A stretch of DNA of 64,000 nt from Chrysomallon squamiferum (Eukaryota > Animalia > Mollusca). The translations under genes and the position numbers were made by a program. Shown here piece by piece: positions 11,213 through 26,092 of this stretch; position 1 is the stretch's first letter; each line of letters starts with the position of its first letter. The DNA lies in the NCBI GenBank assembly GCA_012295275.1, contig CM022669.1:5146001-5210000 (forward strand). The letters are read 5' to 3'. A model generated the notes under the pieces. It did no database searches. It had not been told where the DNA came from and saw only the letters and a list, made by a program, of their open reading frames with translations.

Positions 11213-14200
11213 ATGGCTACCTCTATTCGTTTTGATGGCCTTGTGGCTCTTATTACGGGTGCCGGTAGTGGTATGCATTTGTATTTTTATCCGTTAATTA
11301 TTTATAAGCTTCTGCATTTATATCACTTTAATTTGTAATATTATTACTGCGTGACACCATCAGATGTGTTTTGTAAAAAAATGTATAAAATGCCAAATCA
11401 GTTGTTCTATTTCCGATATTCAGATTACTGGACTTTGAAACATGGGTTGTCACCATAATTTGCTGATAATGTTCTTTTAGTTTTTTTTCTTTCTTTTTAT
11501 TTTTGCATTTGCATGTGTTTTTCTACTCTAGATAAATATTTATTTATCTGTACATAGAAGCTATTTTCATAAAAATTAATAATGTTTCATTTTGGATTGA
11601 AATCATTTTACAAAAACAGTGCTAGTAGACTGGGTAGTAGTTCTATTAAAATTTACTTTCAAAAGTATTTTAAGTTTTTATTCTTTAAGATACACTTTAA
11701 AATCTGAGGAAAAAAATATTTACTGAAATATCATTTTCTTACTATAATAATTTAGATCTTTAAAAGTTTAAATACTGAGTTTGATTTATATTATATTACA
11801 TATAATATATATTTTTTAATATTTCAGGCCTTGGTAAAACTTATGCTTTAGCCTTTGCTGAAAGAGGAGCATCTGTTGTAGGTTTGTAATATTTAACTTC
11901 TTTTATTTTTAAATAATTATAAATATTATTTGAAGAATTTATTTATTAGTTTATTTATTACTTAAATACTTCATTATAATAGAACAGATAATCACCAATA
12001 TGACTATCACAGAACAAAACAAAAAAAGCACAATTAAAATAATGTTTTGGGCTTGTTATTGCATTTTTACTTTTTATTGTTATTTAGTTAAGTCAAATAA
12101 TTTAAAAGTTAAAAATTTCACTAATACACTAAAATAAAATGCAGTCATCTTTATCAAGAAGTGAGATTACTAACAGTTTTCTGTTTTATATTTTAGTTAA
12201 TGATCTGGGTGGAGATATTCATGGAAGGGGGAAATCAAGAGCAGCTGATAAAGTTGTGGACGAAATTCGAGCCAGAGGAGGGATAGCTGTGGCAAACTAT
12301 GGTATAACCAAAAATAAATAAAAATTGTTTAATTATCTGTCACTTCAATTGAATCTTCTGATGGGAGACTTTTTTCTCTGGCTTTATGCTGATATAATAG
12401 TCACTGTTTTTTTAAAATTATCTCCCTTTATTTAACAGATTCATTGCTTAATTTATGATGAAATAAAACTGTTTTATTTTCAGATTCTGTTGAACATGGA
12501 GAGAAAGTTGTGCAGACAGCACTGGACAATTTTGGCAGAATTGGTAAATTTTTAAAAATGTGTCAATAATCACAACAAGATGGTAACAAAACTAACCAGA
12601 GGAGAAAAAAACAAAAAAAAACAGACCAAAAAAAATAATCCTCAAAACAACAAAGAAAAAAATAATAAATAAATTTTAAAAAGATATTAAAAGACTATAA
12701 AAAAAAATTATAGCCATTTGAGCACTGACATTGTTATTTATTAGAAATATATTTTCACATGTACAATTTAACTAAAATATATATCCTCTGAAATTAAAAT
12801 TCATAACTAAACTAAGCTGAACAAAATGTAAGTAACATTTAATTTTTTTTATTATTTTATATATATACAGAGAGAGAGAGAGAGAATAAATATAAGTATT
12901 TATTTTAATTTTATTTATTTATTAATTTATTTTTCAGATATACTCGTCAATAATGCAGGAATTTTGAGAGATGTGTCATTTGGCAAGATGAGTGAGGAGG
13001 ACTGGGGTCAGTTTTAGAAATTTCTGTTATTACTATTTTAATATATTTTTATTATTTTCATCATAACTGTGTTCTTGCCACATCCAAATTCATGTCAGTC
13101 TTGTGTGAAATTTCAATTTATTTTAGCATTTTTGTTTTCTGCTTTCGGTCGAAATATTTGGCTTAAAGTTTATAACATAGAATCCTGCAAAAATATAAAA
13201 ATTTACTAAAATCCAAAAGGGCTTGTACAAAAAAAGAAGAAAAAAAAAGTTATATCCAATTTCTGCTATTACAGATTTAATTTACAAAGTTCACCTGAGG
13301 GGGTCTTTTCAAGTTACCCGAGCTGCTTGGCCACATATGAGAAAACAAAAGTTTGGCAGGTTAGTCTACATGATAGCAATTTCTTTTTTAAATTATATTT
13401 CATAAAAAAAAAAAATCCTTTCTAATAGACTGAATACATCAATGTAGAATTGCTATATCTCTGTATCTTCAGTCTATCCCAAAATGAAGTAAAATATTTA
13501 TGGGATTACAAAACATTCATCTTGTTTATAAGCACTAGGTGGAATGAAAAACAGCCTTTTTGGTTCACAGGCAGATATTTACTATTTCTCAAATTAATCT
13601 TTTAACACGCTACAAAGGACATGTTAAATGCACTGCCTAATGAAAAATAGTTGAAGAAGTTTGTGAAAACTGTTGTTCCCTGAAATACTTGGCATAGTTA
13701 ATTATTTTTTAATTATTAAGTATGAATTCTGTGAGTGTTTTAATGTTAAGGAAAAAAAAAAGATTATACCACCTCATTTAACAATACTATAAATTTCAGG
13801 AAATAAACTGGATTAATTCAGTCCAGTTTTATTAATAATTTTTCACATGCCAGTATCATTAAACATTTGCTGTCCACCCCATTTAAATAAAATATATTAT
13901 AACCACATTTCAGAAAAATACTCAGCAGTTCAAACATTTGTTTTGATATCATTACTACAGACTAAAGATGCAGAATTTTTCTTTTTAATTATTTTTCAGA
14001 ATAATCATGACAACATCAGCTGCTGGTCTCTATGGAAACTTTAGTCAGGCTAATTACAGCTCAGGTGTTTGTTATTAGTCGTTTTGTTTATATTTTATTT
14101 TAGTATTCTTAAAATTTGCAACAGCTTGCCATTTGTTTATTTAAATAACCAAATTTTTAAAAAATTTAAAAAAAATATTTAAAATCCAGTTTTCATATAA

Positions 14201-16832
14201 ATAAAAATAGTAATTATTAAAGTTGTCAAATAAATTATGAAATATTAGCATCAATATTAGTAATTATCAAAAAACTGTGTTTAATTCAAAATATTAATAA
14301 CTTTTTAAAATAATATAAAATTAAATCAAAATAAAAATTAGATATTATTTTCTTCTGTTTACTTTGGGATAAAAATATATAATTTAATGTCTGTTTTTAG
14401 TTTTAACTTGCATATCTTGCTTACTTGCTTGTTAATTTATTTTTTTCACCTAAAAGCCAAGCTAGGAATTGTTGGCCTTGCAAATACTCTGGCAATAGAG
14501 GGGACGAAATACAACATTTTTTGTAACACTATAGCACCCATGGCTGGTTCACGCCTTACTGAGACTGTGATGCCACCTGGTGAGTAAAAACTTATAAACA
14601 TAACTGTTTTCTTTATTGTGTGTCTTTATTTGTCTGTCAAACTCAATTCTGGAGTAGTAAATGGCTCTGGATTTAATATATGACATTAAATGTTTAATGT
14701 GAAATTGTAGTAATGATAATAATATAGAAATAAGAAAACATTATAATGATCTATATACATGTATTTATGAATAATTGTATTCCAGTGTGTGTGTAATTAT
14801 TTCTCTCCGTTTCTCTCTCTTTTGTAGCTAAGAATTTGTAATTTCTTAATAGAATCATAGATAAATTAACAGGGACAATCACATGTGTGTTTAATTATTT
14901 CTTTATCAGTTTCTCTCTCTCTCTCATTATGTGTGTGTGTGTGTGATTCGTTTTTTTGCTGTCAATTTATATAGCTATGTGAGTATCTCTGTAGCAGTGT
15001 TTCAGATGCAAATTCTTTTACAGATATTGTTGAGGCACTGAAGCCAGACTATGTGATGCCGTTGGTGTTGTATCTGTGTCATGAGAGCTGTCAGGAGAAT
15101 GGTGGTCTGTTTGAAGTGGGTGCTGGCTGGCTGGGAAAATGTCAGTTTGAAATACTTTCTTTAATTGATTCCAGTTTTCTGATCATTATATTATTTTATG
15201 CTGCTACTATTGCTACTACTACTACTACTACTACTACTAGTAACAGTACTTCTAACAGTAATAATAATAATAATAATCATGATCCTGATGATAATGATGA
15301 TGTGATAATAATGATAACAACAGCAACATCAATAGTTTTTTGGTATCACAAACACTGTTTTATAAAAATGGTACTCTGTTTCACTCTAATTTATGATGCT
15401 GAAAGATACTGCTTGTGCTCTCTCTGTCTCCGTGTTTCATTTTAACATGTTCTTGTTTTGTTTCAGTGAGGTGGCAGAGAACAAAAGGTGCTGTGATCAG
15501 GAAAAAAGGAATAACAATGACACCAGAATGTGGTATGTACTGTCCTGCTTATTATAATTACATTATGGTATAAATAATTGGTTTTTAATAAATATAATTT
15601 GATAGTATATAAATACACTGTAATGATAATATTTGCACACAGATTTTCTTATGCAATGGTGATTTAAAAAGGAAATCTACTGTCTCTATTATTAAAAAAA
15701 AAAAAGAAAAAGTTTAATCATTAATTTTTAAATTTTCTTTTTTAATTTATTTTAGAGATGTGTTTCTTTCTCCATGAAAATAACTTTTTTTAATTTGTAT
15801 AAAAGAAAATTATTCTGAAGAATAAAAATATTTTAAGTAAAATTTGTTTTCTTTATTTTTGGTTAAAGACAAAGTTTTTGTCATGTATTATCTGTTTTTA
15901 TTTTTGTCAGTTCGAGACAACTGGGACAAGATTACTGATTTTACAGACAGTGAAAATCCATCAGGTATTCAAGGTACATTTTGTTTATTTATTTATTTAT
16001 TTACTCATTCATTTATTTTAATTATTATTAATATTATCATCCTCTTTCTTACTCTTTTTTGTTAACTGTTTTAACTTTCTATTTGTTCTAATTTTAAGAT
16101 TTTTAAATAAGTCAATCTCAGATTTAGACTCAAGCATAACATATATTTTTATATCATGTAAACTGTAACAGTTAGAATTTATTTTTAACATATTTGTATT
16201 AAAATGTAACATCTGATTTATCTGTGACCATAAAGCAAAGGCTCCTTTTACAATTTAGCAGCAAGTGATCTTTTATTTGCACCTTTCCAGAGGCTGTACT
16301 GGTATAATAATCAGTTTTGATAAAGCCTACTTAGGAAACTGGGTGTACAATGCATGTTTGATCCAGTCTTAAGCATTGCTTTATGGCAGTTTTGAGTTTT
16401 TTAAATGTGAGGCATTATTTTATATATGTTAGAAGATTCTACCAATTCTCTGTTTTCTATTTTTCAGATATTAAATGTTTTACATATGTGAATACAAAAT
16501 GTTTTGCATACGCTAATTATGAAAATTCGTTTATTTGCTAATTATCAAATGTTTTGTGTATGTTGACAACCGAAGGTTTTGCATATGGTAATTAGAAAAT
16601 GCTGTTCAGATGTTGAATAAGAAATATTTTACAAATATTTAATGTTATTTTAGATTCTGCTTTAATGATGGTAAATCTTCTACAAAAGATTGATTCTGGT
16701 GAGACAGTCCAGACTAATTCTACAGCAACAGTCAGCTCCAGTGATGATACAGATTCAGTAAGTTTGTAACCTAATTATATTCATTAGTAGTTAAACTAAA
16801 CAAATAAAAGTGAGGTCATCTGCTATATTTAA

Positions 16833-16866
<34 letters not shown>

Positions 16867-19800
16867 GTTTTTTTATTATTATTGTTATTGTTATTGTTAT
16901 TATTGTTATTAATGTTATTATTATTACTGTTATTATTATTTTCATCATTATTGTTAATGTTATTTCTATTATTATTATTATTTGTTGTACATTTTATTAT
17001 ATTTTTTAAATATATAAATATTTTTTAATGTTTGTTTTTCTTATTCATTACTGCTTTATTACATAAATTGAATTATATCATAATCTATATCTTAATTACT
17101 GAATTTGAAATGAGGAATAGTATAAACGTGCTTAATTTACTGAAATTCTTACATGTAAGATGTTGCTATAGTTTATTTTGAGTAAATATTAGTCTTAAGA
17201 AATATCAACACAAACTCATTTAAACTAGAAAAACAACTCTTTAAAAGGATAAAATATATTTAGATTAACTGTTTGCAATCAGCAAGAATATTTTCTTTCC
17301 CTATTATTGTTAAATTAATAATTTTTATTACTGTAATATATATATATATATTTCGTAACAGATGTTATTTTATTAGTGTTATATTTTTTATTCATAGCAT
17401 ATGGATCTTCTCTCAATGTTTTCATACAATGACAGGGATGTCATACTGTATGCTTTGGGAAGTAAGTTTTATTCCATGATTAGTATATTATTAGCTAAAT
17501 AAGTAAATGACACAGATAGGAAGGTACAAACCAACAGGCCAGACAGAAGGCACAGGTTGGAATATGAAATTAACCTAGGTCCACACTGGAGAGAATTGAT
17601 CTTGTTAATTCCTACGACAAAGGCTAAGATTCTACAAATAAACTTCAGTCCACATTCTTAGTATATGTATAAAGAAAATAAAATGTAAAAAACAAGAGGT
17701 GAATGAAACATTTTATTTACAATTTTTTTTTTTATATTTCAGGATAATAGTTAACTGTAAACAGTTCATTGCAGAACTTTTCATTAATATGTTTTTGTTG
17801 TTATTTATTTGTAAAGAGTTTTTTGGATGTGAAATTTAACTGTTTGTTTCAGTTGGAGCATCAACGAGAGAGGAGTGTTGCATGAAGTTTCTTTACGAAG
17901 GTTCAGAGGAGTTCTGTGTTTTACCAACATTTGCAGTTGCCCCAGCATTTTCAGCGATGTCAAAAGCATTCCTTACCCCTGTCCCTGGCATAGACCTGGA
18001 TCCTACAAAGGTTATTAGTAGTATATATGACTTTCTGTGTCCAGTAGTATTAACAGATCTTTCATGATAGTATAAACATGCAACTAGGACTGTATGGGTG
18101 TGTGAGTGTATGTGTATGGGTGTGTGTGTATTGGTGTGTGAGTGTGTCCTGCACTAACATCACTTTCATTATCCTATAATCTAAACAATTATATAAATAA
18201 TTTTTAGTCTGTTGTAAATATATACAGGTACCGGACCAATTATCCAGTGTGCTGAAATCCAGAAAGACTAGAAAACTCAAAGTTTTTTCCTGATGCTATT
18301 TTCATAGTTTGTGTGCATGGGTGTTGTCCTCACCACACTGGAACTACTCTTTCAAGCCATGTGGCATTCACCACAGTTGTGTATCATCAGTTCTTTATGG
18401 TTTTAATTTTAAAATGTTTTGAAACTGATTTTTCATGATATTGTGTGTGCATTTTAATTGTTTTCTAATTCAGATACTGCATGGAGAACACTATCTGGAA
18501 GTCTTTCAACCTCTCCAAACCATGGCAACACTGAGCAGCAGAGTAAAAGTGGCTGATGTTGTAGATAAAAGATCAGGAGCCCTTGTTGTATATAACAGTG
18601 AGTCTGAATAGTTTCAAAGAGTTGAAATATCTTACTCTTAAATAAACTGATTTAGTTTACACTACAATTATATATATATGTGTGTGTGTGTGTATATATA
18701 CTTATGTACATCAACACACACGAATACATATATACAAACATACACACATATATATGTCTGTGTGTGTGTCAGCACATTTGCACGCATATCTGTATACTCT
18801 CTTTCTTAAATTCCCTTTCACTAGTTTATCTCTATCACAGAAGAGTAATTAAATTACAAGTTTGTCAAGTTGTTTATATATTAAAATGATGTGAAAGATT
18901 ACAGTTTATATGCATCCTCGGAGGCTTGTTATTGTAATGTTCTTTATTGTTATAAAAGGTTAGAGTAAAGTAACACACATATTATGCTTTAGCAATTGTT
19001 TTCAGACTGAATAATTTACTGAATGTGATTTAATGTTTTTTATTGTAATTTCATGTTTATTTATTAAAATATTTGCAATAGACTTCAGCTTCCGTTAATG
19101 CTATATTTATGTAAAGCTTTCCTGTTTTTTTTTAACAATTATTTCACTTAATTTTTTTTTTTTTTTTTTAATTTTCACAGTTGAAACATTTAATGAAAAG
19201 GGAGTTAAAGTAGCTTTCAACCAGTTTTCAGCTTTTATCATTGGATCAGGAAATTTTGGTGGTAAAAAAACATCAGAGGTTTTAATTCCAACTCAGGATC
19301 ATCCAAAACGTAATCCTGATGCAACAGTTACAGAATCGACAAATACTGACCAGGTACTGTCATGTGTGTGTGTGTGGTTTCTTTCTATCTTTGAGTGATT
19401 TAAAAAAAAAAAATTATATGTATAAATATTAAGGTTTGTTTTCATCATTTCAGTATTTTTTTGTTTTAATTTTTTTTATGAAAATATGTTGAGATACTGC
19501 ATAAGTTACACTTCTCTGACATAACTTAATTTGTAAAAGGTTATATATGTGTTATGCTTTTAATGGTATTAAATTAAGTAAAATATAGTAGTTACATCAG
19601 AAAAGGCAATACAAAAATTATTTAATAAACATATAAATTACACTTTCAGTGACATGAGAAATGGCAACACATAAGTTTCTGTAAATGAAATAAGATTAAG
19701 AATTTCAAATTATTTTGACTTTTTAAATTTAAGATTAAACTAAATAATGACTGAATGCATTTTATATATATATATTTTATTTTTTAATAAGTTTTTGTAT

Positions 19801-22505
19801 TATGTATTTCATGTGATACATAATTACATTTTATTTCTTAAAACAAAACTGGTTACTGGTTGAGTTATAAAATTTTTCTCTACAACAGAAAACTAAAAAA
19901 AAAAAAAAAAAAAAAAACAGTGATTGTACACTAGTTATAAGTTATTATATTATACAGATTGATTTCACAAAATTAACGTAAAATCACAACCTCTGTGTTT
20001 ACAGGCAGCTCTGTACAGACTGAGTGGAGACAGAAATCCAATGCACATTGACCCAGCTTTTGCAGCTGTGGCAGGTATAGTTCCCAGAAATCATTTTTCA
20101 GAGTTTCTTGAGATTTTCATTTGTTTATTTATTAATGTGTTATGTTAGGTTATGTTATATTACATTATGTTAACGTATTATATTATGTTATATTATTATA
20201 TAATATATTATAGTATTTCTTTCTTTCTGTATCTATATATAGAAATTAAGAAAGCATTAGTCAGTTACTTTGTTATCATAAAATTGTAATTATCATGAAT
20301 ATGTCTGCAGATTTGTCAGTTAAAAGAAAATGGATGGCATATTTTTCTTATGTTATTAATCTGTATTAAATATTTACAAGATTTCATTTTGTGTGATACT
20401 GAATATATCAAATGTTCAAAATAAGGTTGTTTTAAATTTATACTTGCAGGATTTAAGGCTCCCATTCTGCATGGTTTGTGCAGTTTCGGGTTTGCAGTTC
20501 GTCATGTTTTAAAACAGTTTGCCAATAATGATATCACCAAATTCAAATCTGTAAAGGTAAATATGTGTGTTAGGGTGTGTTTGTGTATGTGTGTATGTGT
20601 GTTTGTGTGTTTGTGTATGTGTGGGTTTATCTGTGTGTATGTACATCTGTGCATGCCAATGAGTATATCAGTGTGGTGTAAAACTAAGTGAGATAATAGA
20701 AATCTGTTTTTGTATTTCCTTAAATAATAACATAATTTTGTCGAATGTCTCCAATATCCCCAATTTTCCTGTGCATCGCCATATAATTATGTATGAGTAT
20801 AATATTAGTGGAAATATCCTTGAATGTTTTGATAACTTTAATTGAGCTGTAAAGTTTGATTGTTGACAATGGTGTATTACTCTTTGGTTTAGGTGAGATT
20901 TTCAAAGCCTGTGTTGCCAGGACAGACACTACAAACAGACATGTGGAAAGAAGGAAACAGAATTCATTTCATAACAAAGGTAAAAAGTAATGTAATTGCC
21001 AGTTTAGAAAACAATATATGGTTTTGCTGTTTTATTTCATTATTCAGTTATTATTATGAAGAATACCAGTGGTGAACTACTCACTTTACAAATAACTGAA
21101 CTAAAACAAATACATGAAACTAGTTATAATAATTTTATTATGACTTAATCTAAAATATTCACTTTCTTTAACCTTAAAATAACTTCTGTAAAATTTTAAA
21201 GATGATTTCTTTTTTTTTTTCTTTATATCATCATCATCATCAGTTAATTAATTACTGACTAAATATAATAATTAAATACTCTTAAGTTAAAAAGCAATTA
21301 CTAAAATATAATTTAGAAATCTTTTATTTTTTTTATTTTTCTCCAATTGATTTATGATTATAACAGTCACTTTAAAAGTACCTTTTTTATCTCAGGTTGT
21401 GGAGAATGGAACAGTCTGTTTGTCTGGAGCATATGTTGACCTGCAGGGTGAGATAACTCCAGTTGGAAAGCAAGTGAGTATTATTTACTTCCTTTGATAA
21501 AGTGGCTTGTATTTTGTTTTGTTTTGTTGGTTTATTTATTTTATTTTAAATGTAATATTTATTATTACTGTTGTTATTATTATTATTATAATTTTTATTA
21601 CTGTTGTTGTTGTTATTATTAAAATTTTAATTCTGATTCATTAAATAACTTTAAATATTTTATTATTCAAGTTTTATTTTTACTGTGTAAATTATAAACA
21701 TAAAAAATCACCCAGTGTTTAATGATGTCACTCGACAATTATTTACTAAAATGTTTGATTAGGTAACCTCAGATCTTCTGAGTAACTCGGTGTTTGAAGA
21801 AATGGCTCAGAGAATCCAGTCCACACCAAACGTGTCAAATCAGATAAAAGCTGTTATCCAGTGGAACATCACCAAAAATGGCAAAAATGTTGCAAAATGG
21901 AGTAAGTTTTACTGTTTTACATATGGAAAGCAAGGAGTTAAAACTAGTCTTTTGGTGCTTTGAGAAAGTAAAGATGTTACACTGTCCACTGTTAATTTTA
22001 ATTATTTTGAAAAGAAGAAGTTAAAGCTTTGGGAAAGTGAAGATATTGCACTGTCCAGTATTGATATATTTGATGTCCTCCCTTAGGACCAGTTTCCATT
22101 ATTCACTGGACTGGGTTTTATTCCATAAAAAACCCACTATGGCTACATGAACATGTTGATTTGTGATGTCCCAACTGCATGAAGGAATATATAATTATTT
22201 GGTCCACTGAGACTAATGGAAAAACAAAAAGAATGAAGGAGATTTCTTGTAAAGACCGAATATCAAGATTACTAGATGAGTGATAATCAATGTGGTTGTG
22301 TCGGTATTATAATCTGAATGTGCTTGTCATATATGTCAGCTATGAAGAATCAGTTTTTGCCATATATATACAAAAAAAATATTTTTATTTGTTCTTGTAA
22401 GAAAATAAAAATAAAAATAAATTTTAAATAAATAACAATGCAAAATAATAATAATAATAATATTAGTTAAATAAAATATGTAGCTTAAAGAGAAAACTAA
22501 TTATC

Positions 22506-22537
<32 letters not shown>

Positions 22538-24066
22538 ATATATATATATATATATACCTACATAATAATAATAATTTAATGGGATGGTAATTCATTATTT
22601 GTCATCATTTTTTTTTTTATAATAAATTATTATTTTATTTTTAAATTAAATTTTTGCATTTTTAGCCCTGGACACAAAATCAAGTAAGAAAGGTGAGGTG
22701 TATGCAGGTGAACCAAAGACCAAAAAAGCTGACTGTGTTGTAACTATTGAAGATTGTCACCTCCTGGATTTAATGTCAGGAAAATTACAACCAACACAGG
22801 TAAATGCTTATTAGTTTATTTGTGTATTTCATTTCTTATACTATGATTAAATATCTGTGTATAATGACGTTTTTAGTTTGTATAAGTCTAGTTAAATAAA
22901 ATTAAAAAAAAAAAAAAAAAAAATTTTTTTTATTATTATTATTATTATTATTTTTTAAATAGTATTTTAATCTGGTTTCTTAAAAATAGTTAAAAAGTAG
23001 CATTTGATAATAGAAATTTTATATAAAACATTTTTCTTCATATTTTGAGGCATTATCAGGCATTGAAATAAGGATCATGTCTGGTAACCTCTAAAAGTCA
23101 CCAATTTCAGCAAATGCATCTTTGACTGCCAGTTCATTTCAGTATGCAGAGCAATGAATTATTAGCAACTATTCCCTGCCTTCAGTTTTCACTAGTTAGA
23201 GCACCATTCAGTTTACCAACATTAACATTTGCTCCATCTGCACAAGCACAAATAAGACATTTTGTGTACTTTTCACCAGTAATGTCATAATTACGGAAAA
23301 CATCATCTATAGCATGTTTGATACTGTCTGCAGTTATTCCACCAAAATTGCTCATTTTTTGACATTTAAGTAATAGTTCAATACAGTCTTCACATAAATT
23401 AAATATTTTTCTTCTCTAGTTTTGCCATCTTGTTCAACTGACATAAAGTTAGCACACTGTATCATCTGTTTGATATCATCTCTCGTTGCATGGGCAATAT
23501 AGTGAACAAAGTCCCTACTTATAAATTGTCCTTCCCACTTATAAAACCATTGTTCTTCTTCTGTAAGGCAGTCAGGGACTGGTAGTCAGACATAGGTCTC
23601 TCCTGCATAACCAACCACAGTGCTGTATTGCAATGATTCTTATATTGTTCTTTACTGGGGTTTTTCAAATAATTTTCCAATGGAATTAGAACATGTAACG
23701 TTACTATTTACTTTCACACTATCAGAAGCTGACTTTATTTGAGAATCTGAATTGTTTTGTGAAAAGGATTTTGTCAAGAACAGTGTTCCGTTCTTTATTA
23801 TTATTCTTGTTCTTGTTGTTCTTATTGTTACTGTAATTATTATTATTATTATTATTATTGTTATTGTTATTGTTATTATTCTAGCTATTCTTATGCTGTT
23901 ATTATTCTTGTTCTTGCTTTTACTGTTGGTGTTGTTGTTATAACAACAGCGTATTTATCTATTATTTCTGTTTCAGGCATTCATGTCAGGAAAGTTGAAG
24001 ATAAAGGGTGACATGATGGTTGCTCAGAAACTTGGCTCACTTTTCAGACAGTATTCGCAGCTGTGA
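11213..24066 (+). CDS. HSD17B4: Peroxisomal multifunctional enzyme type 2 (D-bifunctional protein: SDR dehydrogenase + hydratase 2 + SCP2), 23 coding exons, ~730 aa
   Basis: Exons 11213-11270, 11828-11881, 12197-12301, 12484-12543, 12938-13006, 13275-13359, 14000-14064, 14457-14579, 15024-15140, 15467-15532, 15911-15973, 16654-16757, 17398-17461, 17853-18010, 18474-18597, 19181-19353, 20005-20074, 20450-20556, 20893-20979, 21396-21473, 21763-21901, 22666-22799, 23977-24066 (2193 nt, phases consistent). Motifs: TGAGSGLG (NAD), [19 protein letters not shown] (YxxxK), hydratase-2 motif [23 protein letters not shown]2 [13 protein letters not shown]-terminal PTS1-like SQL. Confidence 0.96.
23057..23765 (-). 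mobile_element. Degenerate hAT-superfamily (ZNF862-like) DNA transposon fragment in the last HSD17B4 intron; one TIR retained
   Basis: Minus-strand translation with stops and frameshifts gives [66 protein letters not shown] (hAT DGAxxNxG and HCxAH-LELAxKD motifs). TIR caggcattgaaataag begins at 23057. High similarity to 36660-36900 and 36978-37010 on the opposite strand. Confidence 0.85.
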
Positions 24067-26037
24067 GATGTGTCAGCTGTTAAATATTCTTTCTTTCTTT
24101 CACTTGATGTTATAAGTTATTATAATACATACAGAAAGGTCAGTTTCAAGGACTTCACCTGATCAGACCAGTCAGTAATGTATATAATAACACAGTAGTG
24201 CAGCAATGGACACGGCATGACTGTCCATTAATAATATGTACAGATGACCTAATAAATGAAATAACTTGATCCATCACTAATATATGTATAGAATGGCCTA
24301 ATATAAGAAATAAGAAATATAGTTTATTAATTGACCAGTCATTGATGTATTTATTAATGTACAGAGTAACCCAGTACAGTATATTATATTTTGAAAATAT
24401 ATATCTAAATATCTTACTATATACAGAGAAATTGTATATTTAAAAATACAAATGTCTTCAGTTTCTTCTCAATTCCTTAATTGTTCATTTACTTCTTTGT
24501 CACCAGTATTTTATTAATTCAAGACTGCTGCACTGAATATATTTAAGTGCATGTTGATGAATAATGCATTTCATGTTGTTCAGATCAAAACGTGACAGTC
24601 TTGATGTTTCATTTGAATTTGTAGTGCAGTTAATATTTGACTAATTAAAACTGATGATTTATTAGATAACAGAATTAATCATTTATCAAAGCAAATTATG
24701 GCATTTTTGTGGTATAAATTAACTTTGTTGCTGATTTTATGACTAATTTTATAATTTGGTGTATGGGTTTGAATATTTTGTCAATTTATTTTCATAACAA
24801 ATAAATAAATGAATAGAGAAGTATATATTATGTATATATTTATTATGTTTTAGTATAATGTTTTTTTTAATTTACTGACTTCTTTGTTCTTGATACTTTT
24901 GTAATAACAATTTTGTTACGTCTTTATGATTTTCATGGGTTAATTGATGAAATAATTTTAAAAGACAAATGTGTTGTTATGTTTTCAAAATAAAATGTTT
25001 CATGAGTTACACTGTTTGTATAATTAAATAATTATACTGCACTGTATTTGTGTAACATTTTCTGTTTTTAAGTCGTAATAATTTGAAAATGAAAATTCAG
25101 AACGCTTGAATATCAACAACAAGGATTGTAAAAATCTTAAAGTATAAAATAAAATAAAGAAATGCATTTTATCTGTCATCATCATTATAATTATACAATA
25201 TTCATAAGTACAAATTTTAAAATCACTCGTTTTTTAAAGATGGCGATAAAAGGTTGCAGTTAGTTTCTTCTTAAAACTGACATTAAAATACTTGCCATTT
25301 CTGAATTACGTAATTCATATTCTGGTTCTATTCGTTTTAGGTCAAAAGTTATTGTACATTGTTGAAATATACCATTTATTTATATATTATCCATAAAAAA
25401 GTCGTAAATAAACTACAACAGTTTTACGTTTTACACTCTGCCTCTCTGCAATTAATTATCCGATACGTACAAACATATACATGCCTGCCTACCTACCGGC
25501 ATATATAAAAAACATATACCTACCTACCTACTTACACATATATATGTATGCATACAAGCATGCACACATATTTAATAATAATAATAATAATAATTTATTG
25601 AATAACGGTCTCCTGCACGTGATCTCAAATGCAAGCGTATCATACTGACACCGCTTTTGGTTTCTGTTTTATTTACATTGTGTGGTCTTATCAAAAGACG
25701 AATGAAACTGGTCAGTTCAAATTCCATTTGATCGATTTATGATCGCCCGGCAAAACTTTCTGTTGGATTCAGTATATTTTTATTACGTGTTTACGCCCCA
25801 CTGCACGCATTTATCCTGATTGTGAAGAATAGTATTAATCTTTGCTACCCAGTCATTGAGAGTTTTCTGTGTGATAGGCGTTTTCTAAGCATTCTGAAAG
25901 AATTCATTCCATAACTTGCGAGATTATAATAACATCGGTGTGGTTTTTGGTAAACTAATGATAGCCGGCAAACAAACTACACATTTTCATATTCATACAT
26001 ATTGCCATTTAATATATCCTTATATTCATCTCCTCAA

Positions 26038-26092
<55 letters not shown>

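Noticed and set aside
14451-14456. AAG acceptors (HSD17B4 exon 8; NUDT17 exon 3 at 49254-49256) as possible U12 introns
   Set aside because: The matching donors lack the GTATCCTT/ATATCCTT U12 consensus; AAG is a rare but ordinary U2 acceptor.
24064-24072. Possible stop-codon readthrough at the HSD17B4 TGA
   Set aside because: The context is TGA-GAT, not the TGA-CTA readthrough motif, and a PTS1-like tripeptide already precedes the stop.
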